A stretch of 63,942 bases of DNA, filler included, from Reclinomonas americana ATCC 50394 (Eukaryota): the NCBI GenBank assembly GCA_048213135.1. It is 6 parts of 2 records of this genome, joined end to end, with 100 filler letters (N's around TTAATTAATTAA, not from the genome) between each part and the next. Parts side by side here need not be neighbours in the genome. Positions count along the whole stretch, not along the records: positions 24,133 to 30,645 come from PS015238.1; positions 30,746 to 44,561 come from PS015238.1; 4 more parts are not named here. One strand, 5' to 3'. The notes under the pieces are model-generated. The model did no database searches, had not been told where the DNA came from, and was given only the letters and a program-made list of their open reading frames with translations. Numbering within the stretch: position 1 is the first letter of the stretch; the number at the start of each line of letters is the position of its first letter. The position numbers and the translations under genes were made by a program. Below are positions 27,801 through 41,656 of this stretch, in pieces.

Positions 27801-30800
27801 TCGGCAACGAGGACTATGTGACGGCGATCTCGTACAGCGCCAGTGGGGCCGACGCGTCGGACATTGTGTACGTGACGTGGGTGGCGATTGGTCGTGCGGC
27901 GCAAGGCGCGCCGATCTCGTGCCCAGCCGGCTACAGCGGCTCCAACTGCGGCGTGTGCACGCTGCCTGACGGCACCACGACGTGTTCACTGAATCGACGT
28001 GCGGTGCTGAGCTGCGCCTATGGCACCACTCTGATCATTGCGCAGTGTGCCGAGGGTCGCGAGTGCTTTGAGGCTTACGGCTCGTCGCAATGCCGATGCT
28101 CAGCGAACGGTATTAGTTGCTCGGCCAATGTGGATTGCTGCTCCGGAAGTTGCAGCAGCAGCCTTGGCACGTGTGTGCCGATGTGCAATCCGACCACCAC
28201 GTGCTCCGGCCACGGAACGTGCAAGACCGACGGTACATGCCAGTGCACGGGCGACTACACCAATACCAGCTGCAACTGCAGTCCCACCGCCACGTGCTCT
28301 GGCCATGGAGCGTGCGACGCCAACGGCTCGTGCCAGTGCGCCGGCGACTACGTCAATGCCAGTTGCAACTGCAGTCCCACTGCCACGTGCTCCGGTCATG
28401 GAGCGTGTAAGAGTGACGGTACATGCCTGTGCGATGCTGACTATTATGGTGCATCGTGCAACGTGCACTGTGTGCCGACCTCGACTTGCTCTGGCCACGG
28501 AACGTGCCAGAGTGACGGTACATGCCTTTGCGATGTTGACTATTATGGTGCATCGTGCAGCGTGAACTGCGCTTCCACCACGACGTGCTCGGGTCACGGA
28601 ACGTGCAAGATTGACGGCACTTGCCAGTGCACTGGCGACTACGCCAATGCCAACTGCAACTGCAGTCCCACCGCCATGTGCTCTGGCCACGGAACGTGCA
28701 AGACCGACGGCACTTGTCTGTGCACGGGCGACTACACCAATTCCAGTTGCAACTGCAGTCCCACCGCCACGTGCTCCGGCCACGGAACATGCCAGAGTGA
28801 CGGTACTTGTCTGTGCATGGGCGACTACACCAACGCCAGCTGCAACTGCAGTCCGACCACCACCTGCTCTGGCCACGGAACGTGCAAGACTGACGGCACT
28901 TGTTTGTGCACGGGTGACTACACCAATGCCAGTTGCAACTGCAGTCCGACCACCACCTGCTCTGGCCACGGAACGTGCAAGACTGACGGCACTTGTTTGT
29001 GCACGGGTGACTACACCAATGCCAACTGCAACTGCAGTCCGACCACCACCTGCTCTGGCCACGGAACGTGCAAGACTGACGGCACTTGTTTGTGCACGGG
29101 TGACTACACCAATGCCAGTTGCAACTGCAGTCCCAGCCTCACGTGCTCTGGTCACGGCACGTGTAAGACTGACGGTACGTGTCTCTGCACAGGCGACTAC
29201 ACCAACGCCAGCTGCAACTGCAGTCCCACTGCCACGTGCTCCGGTCATGGATCGTGCAACAGCGACGGTACGTGTCTGTGCACTGGCGACTACACCAACG
29301 CCAGTTGCAATTGCAGTCCCACTGCGACGTGTTCTGGTCATGGAACGTGCAAGACTGACGGCACATGTCTCTGCACGGGCGACTACACCAATGCCAACTG
29401 CAACTGCAGTCCCACGACAACGTGCTCTGGTCACGGAACGTGCAAGACTGACGGCACGTGTCTGTGCACGGGCGACTACACCAATGCCAACTGCAACTGC
29501 AGTCCCACCACCACGTGCTCTGGTCACGGAACATGCCAGAGTGACGGCACATGCCAATGCACTGGCGACTACATCAACGCCAGTTGCAACTGCAGTCCCA
29601 CTGCCACGTGCTCGGGTAACGGAGCGTGCAACTCCGATGGAACGTGTCTGTGCACCGACGACTACACGAATGCCAGCTGCAACTGCAGTCCCAGCCTTAC
29701 GTGCTCTGGCAACGGAACGTGCAAGAGCGACGGGACGTGCCTGTGCAACAACAACTTTTTCGGTGCATCTTGCAATGTGAATTGTGTGGCGGACACGACA
29801 TGCTCGGGCAACGGAACCTGCAAGACGGACGGCACGTGCCTGTGCACTGGCGACTACACGAATTCCAGCTGCAACTGCAGTCCCAGCATCACGTGCTCCG
29901 GCCACGGAACGTGCAAGACTGACGGCACGTGTTTGTGCACGGGAGACTACACCAATGCCAGCTGCAACTGCAGTCCGACCGCCACGTGCTCTGGGCACGG
30001 AACGTGCAAGAGTGATGGCACATGCCAGTGCAATGCTGACTATTACAGTTCTTCTTGCAGCATGAACTGCGTGGCGGCGACGACGTGCTCTGGACACGGA
30101 ACGTGCAAGAGTGACGGCACCTGCCAGTGCACCGGCGACTACACCAACGCGAACTGCAACTGCAGTCCCACTACGACGTGCTCGGGCCACGGAACGTGCA
30201 ACTCCAATGGAACGTGTCTGTGCACGGGCGACTACACCAATGCCAGCTGTAACTGCAGTCCCACCATCACGTGCTCTGGACATGCAATGTGCAACGCCAA
30301 TGGAACATGCCAGTGCACGGGCGACTACACCAATCCCAGTTGCAACTGCAGTCCCAGCACCACTTGCTCTGGCCACGGCGCATGCAATTCCAATGGCACA
30401 TGCAGCTGCTCGAGTCCCTGGGGTGGTGAGTTGTGCGGTCGGCTTGATCTGAAATTTACTGAATTTGCGCGCTGACTTGTTATCGTATACAGGGTCCACG
30501 TGCTCATTGGACTGCCCTGGCAGACCTTTCCTCGGGTATGTTGGCAAGTGGCAGGCTGTGGCCTCTAGCAGTGACGGCACCAAGCTGGTAGCTCTTGTGA
30601 ACGGTGGCCAGATCTTCACCTCCACTGACTCTGGCGGGACGTGGTNNNNNNNNNNNNNNNNNNNNNNNNNNNNNNNNNNNNNNNNNNNNTTAATTAATTA
30701 ANNNNNNNNNNNNNNNNNNNNNNNNNNNNNNNNNNNNNNNNNNNNGCGTGATTCCAATCGAAACTGGCGTTGTGTGGCATCCAGCAGTGACGGCACCAAG

Positions 30801-30962
30801 CTGGCGGCTGTCGTACTCAACGGACAGGCCTACACCTCCACTGACTCGGGCGTGACGTGGGCGGCCCGTGATTCCAGTCGCGCCTGGCTGTCTGTGGCCC
30901 TCAGCAGTGATGGCGTCAATGTGGTGGCTGCTGCAGATCAGGTGTATGTGTTTCCGTGTTGA
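24818..30962 (+). CDS. Secreted/surface protein: signal peptide, H-type-lectin-like modules, 24 EGF-like repeats, C-terminal Asp-box/beta-propeller repeats
   Basis: LLCLLALLSLSVLCSTAAA signal, IQFTFARQFFRRPRVLVG and VYVTWVAIG motifs, CSPTxTCSGHGTCKTDGTCLCTGDYTNASCN repeats, and ASSSDGTKL...YTSTDSGVTW repeats on both sides of the 30690 linker. Confidence 0.8.
28184..30425 (+). repeat. Coding tandem array of about 24 EGF-like units (93 bp, some 99 bp)
   Basis: Counted in the translated ORF 27575..30475. Several adjacent units are near-identical at DNA level (e.g. 28846-29130). Confidence 0.92.
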
Positions 30963-31115
30963 TTTTGTGGAACAGGCAGGCGTCAGCGCTCTCCGTTTTT
31001 TTCAGTCCACCGATTTGTTGTAGTGAATTGTGCATGCGATATTTGTATCTCAAGCATGGACAAACAACGCAACACGTCATCGGCGATTGTACCAAACAAC
31101 GACCAGCCGCGATCA

Positions 31116-35256
<4,141 letters not shown>

Positions 35257-35294
35257 ACGCGTCGTTTGTCTTTATTATGACACTGTGATCGCTG

Positions 35295-36117
35295 CTACTG
35301 CACCACTCCACCCTCCTTGAACTCGGGCACCAAGAAGTCGCCGTGGCGATCGGCGAACGGCATGTAGAACTTGATCTCGTTCTCATGATACCACTCGACC
35401 GCGCAGCCCATGGCCGCCCCGCTCTGCACCACCGCCTATGTGCATGCGAAGGAAATGGTGGCCGTGAGAACAAGGCACAACGCGCACGACAGAGCGAGAA
35501 ACCAATACCTTGTGCATCGCCGGGTACGCACGACGGACAGCCAGCAGAATCGAGGGCAGACCAAACAGGAAGCGCTTGCGGAAGGGGAACTGGGTGTGCA
35601 CCGCCGGCACATTAGGCAAGTGGATGATGCGGTAGCCGTTAGCGTGGAGCTCTTGCATCACGGCGCTGTCGGCAAGTGCCTCCTCACTCATGCGGAGACC
35701 GACAGCGTAGCGGCAACGGTCAGGATCGTTGGTGGTCGGATCGTCGTAGTACACACCGAGGCATTCGGTGTTGCGCAACAGAGGGCCGCACTTGTTGGCG
35801 ACCTGTGCGTGCGACGTGAGTGGTAGGAATGCAAGTGTGATTGATCGATCATGCATGCGTGCGTGCGTGCGCAACTCGAACAGCGTCGGAGAACAGCACG
35901 TACGCCTTCTTGTAGTTGCCGATGGTGCTGGTGTAGGCCAGAGTGACGCCTGGGAACGTGCCAGAGTCGGCCTTGACGCTGGTGAACACGCCGAGCCAAG
36001 ACAACACATTCACCACCACCAGCGCGACAAGAGTCTGCGCACATGTGTCATGAGAGACGTATTGGAGCGACAAGGGAAGAGATGCAAGAGAGACGCAACG
36101 AGGATGATCAGCAGCAT
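35295..36117 (-). CDS. TEX264: TEX264-like GyrI-domain membrane protein
   Basis: N-terminal TM MLLIIL|TLVALVVVNVLSWLGVF, IGNYK, LGVYYDDP...CRYAVG, AVRRAYP, FLVPEF. Confidence 0.78.
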
Positions 36118-36619
36118 CTCTGCTCTCTGAGAAGTTGCAAAAAAGAAGTGATGTCGATGTCGAGGTCGATGTCGAGGTCGACATGCAGCGTGTCTAGGCC
36201 CGACAAGGATGCACTTGTAACGATGCAATGGTACTTGGTAGCACACGCACCAGACACGATGCAGTCGCGCTTTCCCCACCGTCCACGCAACGTCGACATC
36301 GACCGCGAAAAACTCGAACGTGTTCGTGATCGACGTCGCCGACGAAGCGACTCTCTCAGACGACANNNNNNNNNNNNNNNNNNNNNNNNNNNNNNNNNNN
36401 NNNNNNNNNNNNNNNNNNNNNNNNNNNNNNNNNNNNNNNNNNNNNNNNNNNNNNNNNNNNNNNNNNNNNNNNNNNNNNNNNNNNNNNNNNNNNNNNNNNN
36501 NNNNNNNNNNNNNNNNNNNNNNNNNNNNNNNNNNNNNNNNNNNNNNNNNNNNNNNNNNNNNNNNNNNNNNNNNNNNNNNNNNNNNNNNNNNNNNNNNNNN
36601 NNNNNNNNNNNNNNNNNNN

Positions 36620-37057
36620 TCAATCCACAAGCCATGTGCTTGCAAATCCGATTTGCACGACTGTATCAAGTAGTCCATCACTGCGGCCTCGTCCAACGAA
36701 TGCTGTGCGATGAACGCACGAACTGACGACAGGAGGAGCGTGTGCGTCAGCGTGTCGGGGAACAGCACACACACACACACAGAAGAGAAGATCGATTGAC
36801 ACACCTGCATCTTCCAGTCGCTGATACCCAGTCAAGTGCAGCGTGAGCGACTCGCTTCTCCCAGCGTTGCTCACTGTGACAAGCACGCCGACAAAGCCAG
36901 CGTCTCGCGCCATTCGCAGTTGATCAAAGGAGGAGGAGGAGGCGGCGAGAGTGGTCTCGTTGTCGCCGAGTGACGTGGCAAGGCTCTCCACCAATAATAA
37001 CAGGAGGAAGAGAAGCCATGCCAGCGTCACCAGCGTGCCCCATCCCACAGGGCGCAT
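36620..37057 (-). CDS. N-terminal exons (signal/TM) of the GT31 gene on an apparently inverted contig
   Basis: MRPVGWGTLVTLAWLLFLLLLLV... ends ...GLWI-GA, which overlaps the 'TGAG|gtctgt' that begins the next contig. Confidence 0.65.
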   Translation of the reverse strand: MRPVGWGTLVTLAWLLFLLLLLVESLATSLGDNETTLAASSSSFDQLRMARDAGFVGVLVTVSNAGRSESLTLHLTGYQRLEDAGVSIDLLFCVCVCAVPRHADAHAPPVVSSCVHRTAFVGRGRSDGLLDTVVQIGFASTWLVD

Positions 37058-37099
37058 TGTCGTATCGCCGTCGCTCTTTNNNNNNNNNNNNNNNNNNNN

Positions 37100-38938
37100 T
37101 GAGGTCTGTGTGCGCTCTTTTCATTCTGCTACTGCATGCACTGCTAATGTCGAGTGATCGAACAAAGGGCTCGGAGGACCAGCTGGTAGAGGAGGCGAGC
37201 GACGAGGCTCCGGTGGTGGCTGCGGGCAAGAGGCGCGTCGGAGTGCTGCTCGGAGGGCAAGTGCGACAAGTGGTTGTAGCGCTCGACGGGAGCGATATAC
37301 ACGAGGCAGTGGCACAGCTGGCTGATGTGTACGGCGTGGAGAGTGTATTGATCCCGGTCATGGAACTCGCCGTGCGGCAGCAGCTGGAGGAGAACGCACC
37401 AGAGGTAAGCAGCTCTTGTTTTCCTCCTCGGCCCACCCTGAGCCTCACTCGCTTCGGAACAGCCGGAGACGGTGAATGAGTTCTCGGGATTGCAGCGCAC
37501 CGAGCTGCTTCGCAAAGGCTTCGTGCTGTTCGTTGACGTGGAGGGCGAGACCGACTATACCAATGAGAAGAAATGGTCGTACGCGGTGTCGGTGACGCCG
37601 GGACTCCCGTGGATGAATCTTCGCGTGCTCCAGCCAGGCGTGCACGTAGAACGACCGTCGTTTCAGTACCTTGGTGGTACGGCCAAGGTGCCGAGTGAAC
37701 TCGAGAAGCTTGCCATGCTGGCCGTGACGAAGGAGCCGGAGGTTCGTGCTTGTCACACCTCGTGCATTCTCAAGCGTGCTCATTGCTGCTGCTGCTCTCT
37801 CTCTCTCTCTCTGCCGATGCAGCGTTTTGCCGTCTTCTTCAAGGTGAGTATTTTGCGCGTCGTGATCGTGCGTCAGTGTGTGTATTCATGTGCTCCCTCC
37901 CTGCCTGAGCAGCCGCCGTTGCTGCCGAAGCGCACTCATTTCGTCGAGCCGCCGCCGATGCCGCTTCCACCAATCGCGCGCTCGACGTATTTCGACGGCG
38001 AAGACACCAAGGCTGTGTTGCGCACAGCGGCGCACAATTCACGGCTGCGTCGGCGGTTCCCCATGCCGTGCCTCACCCACGATTTCTTTGCCACCGGTCG
38101 TGGCGAGCCGGCTGCCATTGCCGATCCGCGAGTGTGTGTTCTGTGCGACTCGGATTTTGTCGCCACTCACCCGCCGGCGGCCGCTGGACCGCACGTCACC
38201 ATTGTGCTGGGTGTGTTCTCGAAGGATGACGGCATTGACGCGCGTGAGACCATTCGGCAGACGTGGATGCGCTACCCGAATGTGTACCATCCCACTCGCA
38301 ATCCCACCGGCACGGTGCAGGTGGTGTTTGTGCTGGGTCGCCCACGCACCCACATGCAGACGCTTCGCGAGCAGTTGCACGAGGAGCATGCGACACACGG
38401 CGACCTGTTCTTCTTGGATATTCGTGAGAACATTTTCGCTGGCAAAATCCGCGACTGGATGCTGGCCGCTGGCCAGCACTACGCCGGCACAAGAGTGCGC
38501 TACGTCGCCAAGTGTGACTGGGACATTTATCTGCGACCGGTGGCGCTGGAGCGGGCACTCTCGCGCCTGCCGCGCAGCCGACTGCTGTGGGGGCCTGGTG
38601 CCGTCGGCGTGCGTGACAATGTCGTGTACGACTACCTGCTGGGCTGGACCATGGTCCTGTCGTGGGACCTGGTGGAGTGGATTCGCAATGCACCGCTCCC
38701 CAGCATCGACATTATGGGTGTCGACGACTGCACGCTGCCGTGGTGGTTCGCCGCGGCCAATGTTCCTGTTCACTTTGTGCCGGATCTACGCTTCCACGAC
38801 TGGAGAGGAGCGCACAAGTCGCACTTTGTGGAGGACCTCAGTCCAGCCAGCATCTCCGTGCATCGCGTGACGCACCCGAAGCACGCCCAGCAGCTGCGCG
38901 ATCAGTTTCGTGAGTGGGGCGACGAGCTGCTACAATGA
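37100..38938 (+). CDS. GT31-family (beta-1,3-galactosyltransferase-like) glycosyltransferase
   Basis: ARETIRQTW, VVFVLG, LHEEHATHGDLFFLDIREN, YVAKCDWDIY (DxD), MVLSWDLVEWI. Confidence 0.82.
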
Positions 38939-38973
38939 ATGCGTGGGTATGAGATGCGAAGGTCTTCGATCGC

Positions 38974-39054
38974 GGTGATATGGCCGAGTTGGTCTAAGGC
39001 GCTACGTTCAGGTCGTAGTCCGAAAGGGCGTGGGTTCGAATCCCACTGTCACCA
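38974..39054 (+). tRNA. tRNA-Leu(CAG), intronless
   Basis: GGTGATA acceptor pairs with TGTCACC, CTACG-TTCAGGT-CGTAG anticodon arm, long variable arm, GTGGG-TTCGAAT-CCCAC T arm, followed by a T-run Pol III terminator. Confidence 0.96.
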
Positions 39055-39346
39055 CTGTATTTTTTGTTTTTTTCTCCAAGCAAAAAAACAAACACTGCAG
39101 AAGAAATGTGAGGCGAGCTCGAGGAATGGCCGGCGCAGTGCATCCTTCCCATGTCTGCGAGGAAAAAAGGATGAGGGGCCCTCGAGCGGAAGAAAAATGG
39201 ACTGGATTTTAGATTGCAACTATTATTCTTTTGTAGTCATTGCGGAGCTCGAGAGGCTGCGTTGCGACTGGCGAGGAGAACACAGCGCCGACAGTACCTC
39301 AGCCAAAAAAAAAAGACAAAGCAGTGAAAAAAAGCAAAAAATACAG

Positions 39347-39427
39347 TGGTGACAGTGGGATTCGAACCCACGCCCTTTCGGACTACGACCTGAACGTAGC
39401 GCCTTAGACCAACTCGGCCATATCACC
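39347..39427 (-). tRNA. tRNA-Leu(CAG), identical second copy
   Basis: Exact reverse complement of 38974-39054, with a T-run trailer. Confidence 0.96.
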
Positions 39428-39538
39428 GTGTTACCGACCTCCACAAAATGTTGGTACGGAGGCAATGAGACCTCGTCTCCACGGGGATCATCTTGTCGTG
39501 TGATCGACAGACGGAAAAACGATTGTGAACGACAGTGA

Positions 39539-41497
39539 ATGAGGCGCTGCGTGTGGCTGCTACTGGTGGTGGTGTTGTTGTTGTGCACAACTGCCAGCCA
39601 CTGCTCACCCGGTGCGTTCCTTCTTGCATGCAGTGACACGCGCATTGCCTCTCACAGACACACACACACACAGCCGCTGTCGACGATGCAGCAGCTGTCG
39701 TCTTCTTCAAAGACTACCTGCGCATCCGCACCGATCACCCGCACCCACAGTACGCACAGGCGGTCGACTTTCTCGACAAGCATGCACGTGCGTTCGGACT
39801 CGCCACTCATCGATTCGAGGTGTGCCTGACACACGCATTGCTCCCCTTTGTTGCCCTCCACTTCTCACCCTGGTGGTGATGCGGGGGAAGCTGGTCCCCG
39901 GACGACCCTTTCTGTTGTGCACACTGGCCGGAACCGATCCAACGCTCCCCTCCGTTCTCTTCCTGTCGCACACCGATGTGGTGCCTGTCGAGGCAGACAA
40001 GTGGACTCGTCCGCCCTTTGGCGCCGAAGAAGGTGTCGCATCGCTCGTGCTCGCCACCTTCTTTTTTTCGTTGTGCTCACCTGGGACGCCAGATGCCAGC
40101 GGCGAGATTTATGCACGAGGCACGCAGGATATGAAGAGCACCGGCGCGCATCATTTGCTGGCGGCCGCGAGACTGCACGCGAGTGGGTTCGTGCCCCGGC
40201 GGAGCATCCACTTGCTGTTCGTGCCCGACGAGGAGATTGGCGGCTCGCCTGGCAGTTGCGTCGACCTGGCCTGCAATGATTGCAGACGCTCATTTTCTTC
40301 TTTTTCTCTCGGCGCAGGTTATGGTGTGAACGAGCTGGCGCAGGTGCCTGCGTTCTGGAAGCAACTCAATGTGGGCTTGGTGATGGACGAGGGTCTTCCG
40401 TGCGACGACGACATTATTCCGCTGTCGTACGGCGAGCGTGCGCCGTGGGGTGCGTCACGATCTGCATACTGGCACTGCTGCGTCTCTCTCACGCGCGCAC
40501 AGTGATTCTCGCAACGGCCACGGGCGCACCAGGCCACGGTAGCCGCTTCGTCCAGAACACGGCCATGCCCAAGATCTTCCGCTTCCTGCGCTCCGTGTTG
40601 CGTTTCCGCGACGAGCAGGAGGCACAGCTCGGCACATTCTCCGCCGAACTCGGTCGCGATGTGTCCATTGGCGATGTGACCACAGTCAATGGTGTGTGCA
40701 TGCTGTTCGATGTCTGCGTGTGTGCAAGGAATGACTGTGTTCTGTCGTCGCGCGCAGTGTCGTACGTCAAGGTGCCACACGCCCTCCCCTGCCGGACTTC
40801 GCCGATATCCGATCTCACTTCTTTCCCCACCTCTTCGCACAGGGCGGCACCACGCAAGACTGGGAGACCTTCTCGTACAATGTCATTCCGGCGCAAGTCG
40901 AATGCGGTTCCGTGTTGTGCTTTCCATTTTCTTGTTGTCATCGGCTCTTGACTGATCGTGTTTGCATGCCTTGTTAGCACTGGACGTCCGTGTGTCGCCC
41001 AACATGCCGCACGACACGATGCTGGTCTGCAATGTGCACGCACCTCTCTTCATCGTCGCCCTGTTTGTTAATCATGGTGCATTCGCGTCGCAGGAGTTGT
41101 TGCAGCAGTGGGCCGACAACGCCGGCGTCACCGTATCGCCAATTGAATTGTTCACGCCCAACCCCAAGTCGCCCGTTGACACGCCGCTATTCCGCGCACT
41201 GGAACAGACGCTGGTGGAGAGGTGCGTGCTGATTCCACCCTCTCTCGTCTCTCCTCTTGCTTGCTGAACGTCGTTTCTTCGCCCAGCAACGTCAAGTTCC
41301 GGCGCATGATATTCGCGGCGGCCTCCGACAGTCGCTTTCTGCGTGCCATCGGCTTGCCGGCGTACGGTTTCTCGTACTTGCCAAACACCGAAAATCGAGA
41401 GCACGCGCACGACGAGCGGTTGAATCGACGTGTCTTCCTCGACGGGATTCCCGTCTTTGAGAGACTCATGCGCTCTCTCTCGAATGTGCATTCATGA
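39539..41497 (+). CDS. ACY1: Aminoacylase-1 (peptidase M20 family) with N-terminal signal peptide
   Basis: LQDYLRIRTDHP, LSHTDVVP, GEIYARGTQDMKS, FVPDEEIGG, DEGLP, GHGSRF, ASDSRFLR, HAHDERL. Confidence 0.92.
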
Positions 41498-41656
41498 GAA
41501 GTGAATTACAGGGACACCAGAAATCATCGAGTTGTTTTCTTCGAGTGAGATTTCCATTCACTTTGCAGCCGTACAAGTAATCTCCACACATGGAGCCCGG
41601 GGCGGCATGCAACGCGAATCAAAACGACGGCGAACGGACAAGGGTGTGCCTATCGC

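Noticed and set aside
28184-30425. Regular ~93-bp repeats as a CRISPR-like array
   Set aside because: In-frame coding repeats with synonymous variation, no unique spacers and a eukaryotic context.
28100-30625. 841-aa antisense ORF
   Set aside because: It is the shadow of the Cys/Thr/Gly EGF repeat array on the + strand.
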